In this document: piece after piece, positions 28,314-38,931 of the stretch
Layout of the letters: each line of letters begins with the position of its first letter
Position numbering within the stretch: position 1 is the stretch's first letter
From: an uncultured Clostridia bacterium
GTDB lineage: Bacteria > Bacillota > Clostridia > TANB77 > CAG-508
Assembly: GCA_934183325.1 (NCBI GenBank)
Contig: CAKPSH010000004.1
Coordinates: 27,433 to 91,432, forward strand
Direction: 5' to 3'
Length of the DNA stretch: 64,000 bases
Notes under the pieces: model-generated
The model's database searches: none
What the model was told of the DNA's origin: nothing
Seen by the model: the letters and a program-made list of their open reading frames with translations, nothing else
Made by a program: the position numbers and the translations under genes

Positions 28314-30317
28314 ATGAGAAAACATATTTCTAACGAAAAAAAATTAAATTTAATTCTGGAGTATATAAATGAAAAAGGAACAAAACCAATTTATAGTTCA
28401 GAATATAAAGGATATTCTGTTGGGGTATATTTAATATATTTAAGAAAATTAGCATTTGATACAAGAGATTTAGATGAAAAAATAGTACAAACAATGATAG
28501 AAAATGGTTTACTAGATAAAAAATGCGATTTTATTGAAGACAAATTATATAGATTAGAAAAATTTTGTAGAAAATATCCACAAATATGGAGAGAAAGAAG
28601 ATATAAAAGCAGAGATGAACTATTCGCAAGTATTCCAGAGGAAAGAGAAAAAGTAGAGCCATTATTAGAGCAAGCAATAAGTGATTACAGATATATTTCA
28701 GTAAGAAAAGATGATGGAAAAATATCTGAAAAAGATATTTTAAGATTAAGAGAAGCTGGAGCTGGATATAAATTTGAAGATGATAAAGTAATAGAAAGTA
28801 TAGTAAAGAAATATGGAATATCAAAAAATGATTTAGCTGTTGTATGTAACAAATATGGAAATATAAAAAATTTCAAAAACGAATATGTAAAAGCATTAAC
28901 AGAAAGAAGACTTAATGAAATACAACAAAATATACCAAAAAATATTTATGAAAGACTTATAAAAGGATTTGATATATCTCAACCAGACTTTATAAAAAGA
29001 AATAACGGAATAGAAAAACTTATAGACGATATTGTAGGAGCTGAAGAAGGAAATATTGTAAATTTAGAACCAATAAGAAAAAAAATAAAGGAAATAATGA
29101 CAAGAGGAGATAGAAAAAAACAATATGAATTAATAAAATTAAAATATGGAATAGAGGATGGAATAGAAAGAAGTAATGCACAAGTAGCAAAAATAATCGG
29201 CATATCTAGTGAAGCAGTTAGACAATCAAAAGAACATACAATAAATGCTTTGAAAAGAACAGAGGTAAAAATTGTATATGAGGAAGAAAAAATAACAGGA
29301 AAAAGAAGAAGTGAATTTATAGAGGAATTCTTTAGAAATTATGATATATTTATGCCAGATGAGTATATAGAAATAGATAAGGCTGTAAGCATGAAATTAG
29401 AAGAGTTATGTATGAAAGAAAATAAAGTTAGAGAGACTTACAAAAGAAAAATAGAAATATATGGAGATATAAAATTATCAAAAACGATGTTAAGAGGATA
29501 TATTGTAGAAAAATTGAATAAAATTGAAATAGATACTATAGAAGAATTAACACAATATTCAGAAGAGGAATTAATAAAAAAATCAAAATTTAGTAAAAGG
29601 ATAATAATACAAATAAAGGAAGCTTTAAAGGAATTTGGACTAGGATTAGGAAAAACTGTAATAAACCACCAAACAGATGAAAATAGAAACAGTGATATAA
29701 AGCAAAGTCAAGACATTACTAATAATACTAGTATAACAATTGCACATAAAAGTAGAAAAATAGAAGTATTAGATTTAAGTCCTTGTTTATATAATATTCT
29801 TAGAAGAAATGGAATAGAAAATATTGAAGATATTGGAGACATATCAGATAAGAAAAATATTTCAAGATTATTATTAATGAAGGGGTTAGGAAGACAATAT
29901 TTAAATGAATTAGTATATAAAATGAACAATATTAGAGAGTTAAATATAGAAAAACAAAAAACAAACAAAGGTAAAAGTGAAACAGAAAAGAATGATAATG
30001 AGGATATAAGAATAGAAGATACAGGAGAACTAAATAAATATACAATATTAAGAAAATTAAATGATAGAGGAATAATTACACTAGGAGATTTGACTAAGTA
30101 CAATGAAGAAGAATTGAAACTTATTGCAAAAATTAATTTTCAAAGCATTGCAAAAATAAAAGTAATGTTAAAAAAATATGGATTACACTTAGAAGAAAGA
30201 AAAGATAAAAATATAGATGCAGAATTAATGCAGGCAATTCAAGAGTTGCGAGATGCATATAAACAAAAAGTACAAAATAGAATACCAGAACACACATCAG
30301 CAGGAGAAGAAAGATAG
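28314..30317 (+). CDS. Large protein with a sigma-70 region-4 HTH plus three RpoA alpha-CTD-like helix-hairpin-helix repeats
   Basis: [41 protein letters not shown] matches sigma region 4.2. Three segments ([32 protein letters not shown]; [46 protein letters not shown]; [46 protein letters not shown]) resemble the alpha-CTD fold seen in rpoA at 57048-57995. Start ATG 28314 after AGGAGGAG. Confidence 0.5.
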   Translation: MRKHISNEKKLNLILEYINEKGTKPIYSSEYKGYSVGVYLIYLRKLAFDTRDLDEKIVQTMIENGLLDKKCDFIEDKLYRLEKFCRKYPQIWRERRYKSRDELFASIPEEREKVEPLLEQAISDYRYISVRKDDGKISEKDILRLREAGAGYKFEDDKVIESIVKKYGISKNDLAVVCNKYGNIKNFKNEYVKALTERRLNEIQQNIPKNIYERLIKGFDISQPDFIKRNNGIEKLIDDIVGAEEGNIVNLEPIRKKIKEIMTRGDRKKQYELIKLKYGIEDGIERSNAQVAKIIGISSEAVRQSKEHTINALKRTEVKIVYEEEKITGKRRSEFIEEFFRNYDIFMPDEYIEIDKAVSMKLEELCMKENKVRETYKRKIEIYGDIKLSKTMLRGYIVEKLNKIEIDTIEELTQYSEEELIKKSKFSKRIIIQIKEALKEFGLGLGKTVINHQTDENRNSDIKQSQDITNNTSITIAHKSRKIEVLDLSPCLYNILRRNGIENIEDIGDISDKKNISRLLLMKGLGRQYLNELVYKMNNIRELNIEKQKTNKGKSETEKNDNEDIRIEDTGELNKYTILRKLNDRGIITLGDLTKYNEEELKLIAKINFQSIAKIKVMLKKYGLHLEERKDKNIDAELMQAIQELRDAYKQKVQNRIPEHTSAGEER

Positions 30318-30331
30318 TAGGGGATTAAATA

Positions 30332-30487
30332 ATGAATAGATTAGAACAGACAATGGAAGATATGGAAATATTAAAGAAAATAGTAAATGCCGAAATTGAT
30401 ATAAAGAGTGTAGAATATTGTCAGAAAAAAAGAATACTTGACATCTGTAAACAAGAATTAGTAAAATTAAAAAAAGAAAAGTGTTGA
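30332..30487 (+). CDS. Possible small protein (51 aa) between the sigma4/alphaCTD gene and rlmD
   Basis: ATG with AGGGGA RBS; MNRLEQTMEDMEILKKIVNAEIDIKSVEYCQKKRILDICKQELVKLKKEKC; under the ORF-track cutoff. Confidence 0.25.
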   Translation: MNRLEQTMEDMEILKKIVNAEIDIKSVEYCQKKRILDICKQELVKLKKEKC

Positions 30488-30498
30488 GGAGAGATCAA

Positions 30499-31866
30499 GT
30501 GGAAAAAGAAATAAGAAAAAACGATGAATATATCGTTGATATAGTAGATAATGGATTTGAAGGAGAAGGAATTGCAAAAATAAACAATTTTACAATTTTT
30601 GTAAAAGGAGCAATTGAAGGAGAAAAAGTAAGAATACTAATTGTAAAAGTAAATTCATCTTATGCTTTTGCAAAAATACTAGAAATAATAAAAAAATCTC
30701 CATATAGATGTGATGAGGATTGTTCAACATATAAAAGATGTGGAGGATGTGATTTAAGACATATAAAGTATGAAAAAACATTAGAAATAAAGAAAAACAT
30801 GGTACAATCACTAGTTAACAAAACATTAGAAAATAAAATAGATGTAAATAATACAGTTGGAATGGAAAAGCCATTTAATTATAGAAATAAAGCACAATAT
30901 CCAGTAGGTATTAATAAAAACGGAGAACCAATATTTGGAGTTTTTGCAAATAGAACACATGAAATAATTCCTATTGACGATTGCAAAATTCAAACAAAAA
31001 TATCAGAAAGAATTGCACAATATGTAATTAATTTTATGAAAGATAATAAAATAAAAGTTTATGATGAAAAAAACAATAAGGGTGTATTAAGACATATTGT
31101 TGTAAAAGTTGGAATGAAGACTAATGAAGTAATGTGTGTATTAGTTGTAAATGAAGAAAAAATAAAAAATGAAGATGAATTGGTAAAAGGATTAATTGAT
31201 GCATTTCCAGAAATAAAAACAGTAGTAAAAAATGTAAATACAAAGAATACAAATGTAATATTAGGCAATAGAAATATAATTTTATATGGAAACGGATATA
31301 TAAAAGACAAATTAGGTGATTTTATATTTAAAATTTCACCAATGTCGTTTTATCAAATAAATCCAGTACAAACAGAAAAATTATACAATTTAGCAATTCA
31401 AAATGGAGAATTAAGCAAAGATAAAGTAATATTTGATTTATATTGTGGAATAGGAACAATTGGAATTTTTGCATCAAAGAATGTAAAAAAAGTATATGGA
31501 ATTGAAATTGTACCTCAAGCAATAGAAGATGCAAAGGAGAATGCAAAACTAAACAATATACAGAATGCAGAATTTATGGTTGGAGACGTAGAATTTGCAC
31601 TATCAGAATTAATAGAAAAAAGAAATATAATACCAGATGTAGTATTTGTAGATCCACCAAGAAGAGGATTAGACACTACTACTATTAAAAATTTAGAAAA
31701 AGTAAAACCAGAAAAAATAGTGTATATTAGTTGTAATCCAGCTACATTAGTAAGGGACTTAAAAATGTTTGAAGAAGAATATGAAATTAAAAGCATAATC
31801 CCAGTCGATTTATTCCCTTGGACTAAACATGTGGAATGTGTTTCGATATTATGTTGCAAAAACTAG
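30499..31866 (+). CDS. rlmD: 23S rRNA (uracil-C5)-methyltransferase RlmD/RumA family (TRAM + 4Fe-4S + SAM MTase)
   Basis: N-terminal TRAM fold, four-Cys cluster (C..CGGCDLRH), SAM-binding DLYCGIGTIG and catalytic region; start probably GTG 30499 after GAGGAGAG. Confidence 0.75.
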   Translation: MEKEIRKNDEYIVDIVDNGFEGEGIAKINNFTIFVKGAIEGEKVRILIVKVNSSYAFAKILEIIKKSPYRCDEDCSTYKRCGGCDLRHIKYEKTLEIKKNMVQSLVNKTLENKIDVNNTVGMEKPFNYRNKAQYPVGINKNGEPIFGVFANRTHEIIPIDDCKIQTKISERIAQYVINFMKDNKIKVYDEKNNKGVLRHIVVKVGMKTNEVMCVLVVNEEKIKNEDELVKGLIDAFPEIKTVVKNVNTKNTNVILGNRNIILYGNGYIKDKLGDFIFKISPMSFYQINPVQTEKLYNLAIQNGELSKDKVIFDLYCGIGTIGIFASKNVKKVYGIEIVPQAIEDAKENAKLNNIQNAEFMVGDVEFALSELIEKRNIIPDVVFVDPPRRGLDTTTIKNLEKVKPEKIVYISCNPATLVRDLKMFEEEYEIKSIIPVDLFPWTKHVECVSILCCKN

Positions 31867-31967
31867 AAAAATATAGTAAAATATTTATGTCTATTTGTTG
31901 ATATCCTGGTTTCAGGACGACTCGAGACATCCGCAAGAAAAAAACAATGTTTCTGGGAGGAAAAACA

Positions 31968-32429
31968 ATGAAATTATTTCACAAAGAAAATGGACAAGAG
32001 ACAGTCTATGTGCAGATGCAGGATATTTTGTATCTGGTGCATGAAAGTAATGTTTCTGTTCCGGCGTCTATCTTCGAAAAAGTCTTTTCAGTAGGAGCGG
32101 TTTTTGTTACTGATGCAAACCGGTTTGACTTTATAAGGTTTGAAGAAGAACATGAGGTTGACTTTTTTAAGAAACTTGAGTTTGTTATCGACTATGACCA
32201 GTACAAAGATTTCTCTGAAGAACAGCTTATAGCAGAGGTGAAAAAGTTAGAGGATAAGGCGAACGAGATCGCTGAAAAATGGAACGATATGACATCAGAA
32301 GAGAGAAGAGAAAACAGCGAGCTATACGAAGAACACCAGAATCTCGACTATATGTGCAGGTTTTTGTGTGAGATTTACTTCGTGAAACACGGCAAGAGGT
32401 CTATGCCATTTCCTGACTTTGTAAAATAA
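31968..32429 (+). CDS. Hypothetical protein on a compositionally atypical (about 40% GC by eye) islet
   Basis: ATG after GGGAGG RBS; ORF GC well above the surrounding window; followed by GC-rich hairpins; no family recognised. Confidence 0.45.
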   Translation: MKLFHKENGQETVYVQMQDILYLVHESNVSVPASIFEKVFSVGAVFVTDANRFDFIRFEEEHEVDFFKKLEFVIDYDQYKDFSEEQLIAEVKKLEDKANEIAEKWNDMTSEERRENSELYEEHQNLDYMCRFLCEIYFVKHGKRSMPFPDFVK

Positions 32430-32583
32430 CCCACAAAAGCTCTATCAAAAGAGCTAGAAGAAGTGAGAAGAACAAAGCTCTGCCTGTAGGCAGGGCTTTG
32501 TTCGTTATAATAAATAAGAAAATAATTGTAAAGTAAGTAGAACTGTGATACATTATATATAAATAATATTAGGAGAGTAAGAG

Positions 32584-32916
32584 ATGCAAAAATATTATGA
32601 ATGGTGTATAGAATTATTAAATAATTGGAAAAGCAAAAACATTGAAAATATAGTTAATTTATTTGATGAAAAAGTGGAGTATTATGAAACTCCTAAAGAA
32701 AAAATAAATACGATAAAAGAAATTGAAAAAATGTGGGAAGAGATAAAGGAACAAAATACAAATAATATAGAATTTAATATATTATGCCAAAATTACGAAT
32801 GCTGTATAGTTAATTTTATTCTAAAAGACGTAGAATCATATGATATGATTTATCAAATAAAATTAAATGAAAACAATAAGTGTATATTCCTAAAACAATG
32901 GTATATGACTATTTAG
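32584..32916 (+). CDS. Hypothetical small protein
   Basis: 110-aa ORF with RBS AGGAGAG; no family recognised. Confidence 0.4.
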   Translation: MQKYYEWCIELLNNWKSKNIENIVNLFDEKVEYYETPKEKINTIKEIEKMWEEIKEQNTNNIEFNILCQNYECCIVNFILKDVESYDMIYQIKLNENNKCIFLKQWYMTI

Positions 32917-32952
32917 AAATTAATAAAATTTAATTGAAGAAAGAGAAAGTAT

Positions 32953-33486
32953 ATGGGAAAAGTATTAAAGATAAGAGAAATAGGCGATCCTATTCTTAAT
33001 AAGAAATGTGATGAAGTAGATATAAAAAACATAGATGAAAATATTTTAGATATTGTAGAAGATTTAAAAGCAACATTAGAATTTGGAATAGGATTAGGGA
33101 TAGCAGCTCCTCAAATTGGTATAAATAAGAGAATTATAGTAGTAGGAGCAAAAAAAGAAGAAATAAAATATAATAATGCGGAAGAAATACCAATAACAGT
33201 AATGATTAACCCAAAATGGAAAAAAGTATCAGAAGATACAGATATACAATTTGAAGGATGTATGAGTGTTCCTAGTATAAGAGGAAAAGTAGAAAGATAT
33301 ACAAATATAGAAGTAGAATATTATAATGAAGAAGGAAAAAGGATAATAAAACAAATAAATGGATTTTTTGCAAGACTAGTGCAACATGAATGTGATCATT
33401 TGGATGGAGTAGTTTTCCTAGAAAAAGTAAAAGAACATAAAGAATTTGCAACACCAGAAAATATCAAAAAGTATAATTTGAGATAA
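32953..33486 (+). CDS. def: Peptide deformylase
   Basis: GIGLAAPQIG, EGCMSVP and HECDHLDG metal-binding motifs. Confidence 0.9.
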   Translation: MGKVLKIREIGDPILNKKCDEVDIKNIDENILDIVEDLKATLEFGIGLGIAAPQIGINKRIIVVGAKKEEIKYNNAEEIPITVMINPKWKKVSEDTDIQFEGCMSVPSIRGKVERYTNIEVEYYNEEGKRIIKQINGFFARLVQHECDHLDGVVFLEKVKEHKEFATPENIKKYNLR

Positions 33487-33698
33487 AAAAATATTCATAA
33501 TACAAAATTTATAGTATTGAGGGATAGCAAAATTATAGAAAAATATTTAGAAGAAGAATTTAGCAAAATAATATCTGAACAAAAATAGATGAAATTTGTA
33601 AAAGAATTCTAAAATAAAACCAAATATAGAGAGTTAATATATGGATGAAGCTATAATACGAAAGGCAACAATATCAGATTTAATTATATGGAGGAATA

Positions 33699-34103
33699 AT
33701 GGATTTTATTGAATATAATAGTGAAAAGTTAATTGAGTTTTATAAAGAAAATGGTCTTGAATTTGATGAAAATAAAGGATACTTTGGAAAAAATACAAAA
33801 TCATTTATATTAAAAGAGAATAATATAATTATAGGAGCAGTAACTGTTTCAAATTATAAAGATAAGAATTTTATAGAAGCATTAGCAGTGGATAAACTAT
33901 ATAGAAATAAGAATTATGGTAGAGCATTATTAGAAAAAGCTATAAATGAGCTAGAAAAACCAATATATGTAATATCTAAAATAGATAAATTTTATTTAAA
34001 AAACAAGTTTAAATATGATAATACTGATTTGATAGGTAAAGAATGCAAAGAGTGTAAAATGTATAATAAAAATTGTTTCCCAAGAGTATTAGTATATAAT
34101 TAA
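33699..34103 (+). CDS. GNAT-family N-acetyltransferase (C-terminal portion; N-terminus lies in another frame from 33642)
   Basis: Frame 33642-33713 encodes MDEAIIRKATISDLIIWRNNGFY* (typical GNAT N-terminus). It is joined to the GNAT core only by a +1 shift near 33700. Confidence 0.45.
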   Translation: MDFIEYNSEKLIEFYKENGLEFDENKGYFGKNTKSFILKENNIIIGAVTVSNYKDKNFIEALAVDKLYRNKNYGRALLEKAINELEKPIYVISKIDKFYLKNKFKYDNTDLIGKECKECKMYNKNCFPRVLVYN

Positions 34104-34186
34104 ATGATATATTGATATGCAAATATGATAATAAAGATAGAATATAATTAATAAAAATGAACAATATAAAACAAGAGGTGGATAAG

Positions 34187-35185
34187 ATGTTTAAACCAAA
34201 AGCTTTATATTGTGAAAGAAATATTGAAAATTACACTTTAGGAAAAGAGATATTAGAAAAATATAAAGATGTTCCGATTATTGAAATAGATAATCATAAT
34301 AATATAGAAGAAATGAGAAAAAAACAGAATTCAGAATTTCCTGATATGAAAAGAAATTTGATAATAGGAGTGAGGAAAACCCACAAATTTGTAGAAAATC
34401 ATAAAACATCAGACTATTTAGTACCATATACATCTTCTGGGTGCACAGCAATGTGTATGTATTGCTATTTAGTGTGTAATTATAATAAATGTGCGTATTT
34501 AAGATTATTTGTTAATAGAGAAGAAATGCTAGATAAAATAATAAAAACAGCACAAAAAAGTGAAAAAGAACTAACATTTGAAATAGGAAGTAATAGTGAT
34601 TTAATATTAGAAAATACAATTACAAATAATTTAGTATGGACAATAGAAAATTTTGCCAATACAGAAAAAGGAAAACTTACATTACCTACTAAATTTAATA
34701 TGGTTGATGATATATTAACATTAAAACATAATAGAAAAGTAATTATAAGAATGAGTGTAAATCCAGAAGAGATTATTAATAAAGTAGAATTTGGAACTTC
34801 CAGATTAGCTCAAAGAGTAGAAGCAATAAATAAACTAATAGAAGCGGATTATCCAGTAGGGATATTAATTGCACCTGTAATATTAGTAGAGAATTGGAAA
34901 GAATTATATTCAAATTTAATAAAATATTTATATGACAATTTAAGTAAAAAAGTAAAAAAAGAAGTGTTTTTTGAAATTATATTTATGACATACAGTTATG
35001 TGCATAATGCAATAAATAGAGAAGCTTTTCCAAATGCAATTAATTTATTTGATAAAGATATAATGACTGGTAGAGGAAAAGGAAAATACATGTATAAAGA
35101 ATATATAAGAAAAGAAGGAGAAGAATTTTTAAGAAATGAAATGAATAAATATTTTAAAAATAATAAAATAATGTATGTAGTATAA
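34187..35185 (+). CDS. splB: Spore photoproduct lyase SplB (radical SAM)
   Basis: LIIGVRKTHKF, SGCTAMCMYCYL (Cx3Cx2C), GKLTLPTKF, VEFGTSRLAQRVEAINKLIEADYPVGILIAPV align with Bacillus SplB; start ATG 34187 after AAGAGGTGGA. Confidence 0.85.
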   Translation: MFKPKALYCERNIENYTLGKEILEKYKDVPIIEIDNHNNIEEMRKKQNSEFPDMKRNLIIGVRKTHKFVENHKTSDYLVPYTSSGCTAMCMYCYLVCNYNKCAYLRLFVNREEMLDKIIKTAQKSEKELTFEIGSNSDLILENTITNNLVWTIENFANTEKGKLTLPTKFNMVDDILTLKHNRKVIIRMSVNPEEIINKVEFGTSRLAQRVEAINKLIEADYPVGILIAPVILVENWKELYSNLIKYLYDNLSKKVKKEVFFEIIFMTYSYVHNAINREAFPNAINLFDKDIMTGRGKGKYMYKEYIRKEGEEFLRNEMNKYFKNNKIMYVV

Positions 35186-35307
35186 ATATCAAAGAATTAA
35201 ATTTGAATGTGCACAATAGTAGCACGAAAAATTTAATTCTTTTTTATATTTTAAATGTTGAGTATAAGAAAAATATATGTTATAGTAGATGGAAAAAAGG
35301 AGAGAAA

Positions 35308-35772
35308 ATGGAATTATTAGAAATATTAGAGAATATAAATATACAATATGAAAAAATAGAACATAAAGCAGTATGTACAGTAGAAGATGGAAAAAATATA
35401 AGAAACATGATTGAGGGAGTACAATGTAAAACATTATTTTTAACAGATAAGAAGGAAAATTATTATTTAGTAGTATTAGAAGGAGACAAGAAAGCTAATA
35501 TAAAAGAAATAGGTAAGATACTTAATAGTTCACATTTAACTTTTGGTAGTGAAGAAAAATTAGAAGAATTATTACATTTATATAGAGGAAGTGTTACACC
35601 ATTTGGAATAATAAATGATAAGGAAAATAAAGTGAAAATTCTATTAAATCATGAATTGATAGGAGAAAAACTATTATTACATCCTAATAGAAATACTGCA
35701 ACAATATCAATAAAATTTGAAGATTTAGAAAAGTTTATAAAATATGAAAACCATGAATATATAATATTTTAA
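35308..35772 (+). CDS. YbaK/ProX-family aminoacyl-tRNA deacylase
   Basis: Start MELLEILENINIQYEKIEH after AAAGGAGAG RBS; ~155 aa YbaK-like domain (the track ORF from 35203 is an upstream over-extension). Confidence 0.65.
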   Translation: MELLEILENINIQYEKIEHKAVCTVEDGKNIRNMIEGVQCKTLFLTDKKENYYLVVLEGDKKANIKEIGKILNSSHLTFGSEEKLEELLHLYRGSVTPFGIINDKENKVKILLNHELIGEKLLLHPNRNTATISIKFEDLEKFIKYENHEYIIF

Positions 35773-35796
35773 GGAGAGAAAAGAAGGAAGAAGCTT

Positions 35797-36291
35797 ATGA
35801 AAAAGAAAATTGTAATTATGATATTAATAGTGATTTGGATGGGAGTGGTATTTTCATTTTCAAATCAAGGTGCAACAGAATCAAGTGGAGTCAGTGGAAA
35901 GGTAACTGAAAGAATAGTAGATTCATTACATATAACAGAAGGATGTAATCAGGAAGATGCAAAAATCGTGTTAAAAAATATCGAAAATATAGTAAGAAAA
36001 ATAGCACATTTTTCGATATATACAATTGGAGGAATTTTAATATATTTAGAATTAAATTTATATAATATATCAGATTCTAAAAAAATAATATATTCACAAA
36101 TTCTAGGTTCTCTATATGCAAGTACAGATGAGCTTCATCAATTGATAATACCTGGTAGATCAGGAGAAATAAGAGATGTAGTAATAGATTCCTGTGGGAT
36201 ATTTACAGGTATAATAATTATATTAATAGTATTAACAATTATAGAAAAAATAAAAAATGAAATAAAAATTAAAAAAACTATTGACAAGTAA
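35797..36291 (+). CDS. VanZ-like family membrane protein
   Basis: 4-TM small protein with the conserved central loop typical of VanZ/YoaI-like proteins. Confidence 0.45.
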   Translation: MKKKIVIMILIVIWMGVVFSFSNQGATESSGVSGKVTERIVDSLHITEGCNQEDAKIVLKNIENIVRKIAHFSIYTIGGILIYLELNLYNISDSKKIIYSQILGSLYASTDELHQLIIPGRSGEIRDVVIDSCGIFTGIIIILIVLTIIEKIKNEIKIKKTIDK

Positions 36292-36309
36292 TTATATAAA
36301 TAGTATAAT
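36281..36309 (+). promoter_or_regulatory. Consensus sigma-A promoter for tRNA-Leu (TTGACA-17-TATAAT)
   Basis: Perfect -35 TTGACA 36281-36286, 17-nt spacer, perfect -10 TATAAT 36304-36309, 20 nt upstream of the tRNA 5' end. Confidence 0.55.
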
Positions 36310-36329
36310 AATCATCGTCAGTTGAAAAT

Positions 36330-36416
36330 GCAGATGTGGCGAAACTGGCAGACGCACAGGACTTAAAATCCTGCGGGACTTATACTCCCGTGCCGGTTCG
36401 ATTCCGGCCATCTGCA
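36330..36416 (+). tRNA. tRNA-Leu (anticodon TAA), class II with long variable arm; CCA encoded at 36417-36419
   Basis: Acceptor stem gcagatg/catctgc, D-loop gcgaaactggcagacgc, anticodon loop ggacTTAAAatcc, long variable arm, T-arm gccggttcgattccggc. Confidence 0.85.
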
Positions 36417-36423
36417 CCAAGAC

Positions 36424-36456
36424 AAGACTTAAAGCTTAGCTTTAAGTCTTTTTTGT
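36424..36456 (+). terminator. Rho-independent terminator after tRNA-Leu
   Basis: 12-bp stem aagacttaaagc/gctttaagtctt, 3-nt loop, TTTTTT. Confidence 0.55.
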
Positions 36457-36651
36457 TTTATATTCAGAAAAATTCTAATAAAAATAGAATTTTGTAAATA
36501 AATATGATAAAATAAATTCAAAATGAAAATCAATAAAAAAGAATATTAATATGTAAAATTATTATTTTTATATAAAGAAAAGAATTAGATTGAGAAAAGT
36601 ATAGCTTTTATTTATATGGTTAAATAATAAATATGGAAGGGGAAAAGATTA

Positions 36652-37356
36652 ATGCTAAAAGAAAAAACACTTAAATTATTAAATACAGAAGAAAAAAATT
36701 TTAAAAATTTATTTTCAATATGTATAGGCAATATGTATAATATACAAAATAGATTTATTGAATATATAGGTGAATATTCTAGGTGGGATACTGATCTAAC
36801 AAAATGTTTTTTACAATTAGATGAAAGAAAATATGATGTTGAATATATAGGAACAACAAGTACAACGGATAACTTTTGGTATTCTGCTGAGCTTGAAAGT
36901 GTAATTCCAGATAAAGGTGCAAAATTAATAAAGAAAGCTCGTAAGAATCTAGAAAAATTTGGAGTAAAAGATTTAGCAAGTAAAAAAGTGCAGATAAGTG
37001 GTGATATAAATGGATATAATTTATCAATGATTTATATGGTTTTTACTAATGCTAATACGGCATATTTTTGTGGAGGATCAGATGACGCTAAGATATATAT
37101 GTTTGTAAAAAATCTAGATAAACAACTTTTTAGAAGAATTAATTCATTGGAATTTTCAAATAGAATTTTTGAAATTGTTTCAACATTTAATGTAAATCAT
37201 AAATTAATGATAAAAGCAATATTAACCGAAAATGATATTGAGTACTATGAAGAAGAAAATAATATTATTGCCAAATTTAATAAAAATTCTATACTCACAG
37301 TTTCTTTTAATACAAATAATTTATTAGAAAAGTGTTCCGGAAATTTGTCTTTATAA
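36652..37356 (+). CDS. Hypothetical protein (tRNA-adjacent accessory region)
   Basis: 234-aa ORF with GGAAGGGGAAAAG RBS; no family recognised. Confidence 0.4.
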   Translation: MLKEKTLKLLNTEEKNFKNLFSICIGNMYNIQNRFIEYIGEYSRWDTDLTKCFLQLDERKYDVEYIGTTSTTDNFWYSAELESVIPDKGAKLIKKARKNLEKFGVKDLASKKVQISGDINGYNLSMIYMVFTNANTAYFCGGSDDAKIYMFVKNLDKQLFRRINSLEFSNRIFEIVSTFNVNHKLMIKAILTENDIEYYEEENNIIAKFNKNSILTVSFNTNNLLEKCSGNLSL

Positions 37357-37410
37357 AGATGAAAAGACGAAAAAGCATTATAGTAAAAAAGTGAAAGGAA
37401 AACGAAGAAA

Positions 37411-38469
37411 ATGAACATGGAATATTCTAATATGATAGAACATTCTGATTTATCGAGCATAGATAAAAAGAAATTAAGGGATTTCATAGAAGTATTAAAT
37501 AAAAACATGATCCAGATAACTTTCCTAATTATACAAAAGAAGAACTAAAACATATATTTCAAATTGCTAAAATTAGTTCAAAATTGCAATTTGAAATGTG
37601 GAAAATGTTGCCAGACGATGTTGTTAATGATTCAGAAAATATAGAAATTTTTGAAGAGGTTCTTGATAATAGATTTGGAGAATATATAAAAGAGATTATT
37701 AATCTATCAGAACATGAAAATGATGAAAAAAAGCTGAATATTATAGAAGGTATTATTATTTCCATAAAAAAGAACTATTAGCAATAAGTAAAGATGTTTC
37801 TCCATTTTATAAAGTTGATATGGAAAGAGAATTTTTAGATTTATATGCTAGACAATATGATAGAGCATTAGGTATACAAGCTAATAGAATTCAAGATGTT
37901 ACTTATGATGGCAAGAATATTCCTGTAATCCTTTTGGAATTTCAAATGAAAATATTTCTATAATTCAAGCTGCTATTGAGTATCATGAACATAAAGAAAG
38001 AAAAAAGCGTGTTACTGATGATGGAAAATTACGAAATTTAGCTTGTCAATATAATGTTGACGATAAAAAATATGCATCTTTGGTAAAAATAAGTAATCTA
38101 TTAAAAGATGCAGATGCATTAGACAGAGCTAGGTTTGGAAAGAAGAATGAAAATAGATGGAGCTTAGATGCAGACTATTTAAAAAGCAATACAGCTAAAA
38201 GTATTTCTATGTTAAGATTTTCAGAAGAATGCAATTTTATATTTAAAGAAAAAGAAAGTCAAACTTTAGGTGGACTTTCTGAAAATAGTGTAGAGAAAAT
38301 ATTTGAAAGCGAACTAAATGAATTCAAAAGGCCAAAAATTCAAATGTCCTCAATAAAAGAAGTTACTTCTGAAATAACTGCAGTTCAAAAGAAAACAATT
38401 ATGGATGTCTTTAGAGATATTCGAGCAAGAATCAAAGAAACTTTAAAGACATTGAAAGATGAGAAGTAA
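37411..38469 (+). pseudogene. Multiply frameshifted gene remnant of unknown function
   Basis: Four ORF pieces read consecutively in three different frames (37411-37548, 37537-37781, 37764-37961, 37928-38469). Adjacent pieces overlap by a few codons and join into one ~350-aa protein if two +2 and one +1 frameshifts are corrected. Confidence 0.5.
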
Positions 38470-38472
38470 AAC

Positions 38473-38931
38473 ATGGTAAAAAAAGAAATAGTTTATTCTA
38501 AGGCTTTTAAAGAAGTTAATGAAATAATTAAATTTTTTCCTAGAAGTGAATATGAAAAAATTTCAAAATATTTTATCAATTTTATTGAAGAAAATATGAA
38601 TAACGATTATAATTATATAGTAAAACATATAGATGATCTTCAAAATCAAGAAATGCTAGAAGAAACTAAAATTATGTTAGCAATTATATATAGAGAATTT
38701 ATAGCATCAAATGAAGGAAGAAAACAAATCTATGAAACAGAAAAATTAGAAATTATTCAGGAAGAAAAAAGAAATTTTGAAAAATACAATCCAGAAGGTT
38801 TATTTAAAAAGCAAAATGATAAAGAAAAAAGTGATGAAGTATCAGAAAATATGCAAATTATTGAGCATAAGCCACAAAATTTATTTTATAGAATATTAAA
38901 TAAATTAGTTGATTTCTTTAAAGGTAAATAA
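38473..38931 (+). CDS. Hypothetical protein
   Basis: 152-aa ORF 4 nt after the upstream stop; no family recognised. Confidence 0.4.
   Translation: MVKKEIVYSKAFKEVNEIIKFFPRSEYEKISKYFINFIEENMNNDYNYIVKHIDDLQNQEMLEETKIMLAIIYREFIASNEGRKQIYETEKLEIIQEEKRNFEKYNPEGLFKKQNDKEKSDEVSENMQIIEHKPQNLFYRILNKLVDFFKGK

Noticed and set aside
35203-35307. Upstream extension of the YbaK/ProX-like ORF
   Set aside because: An internal ATG at 35308 has a strong AAAGGAGAG RBS and gives the expected domain length.
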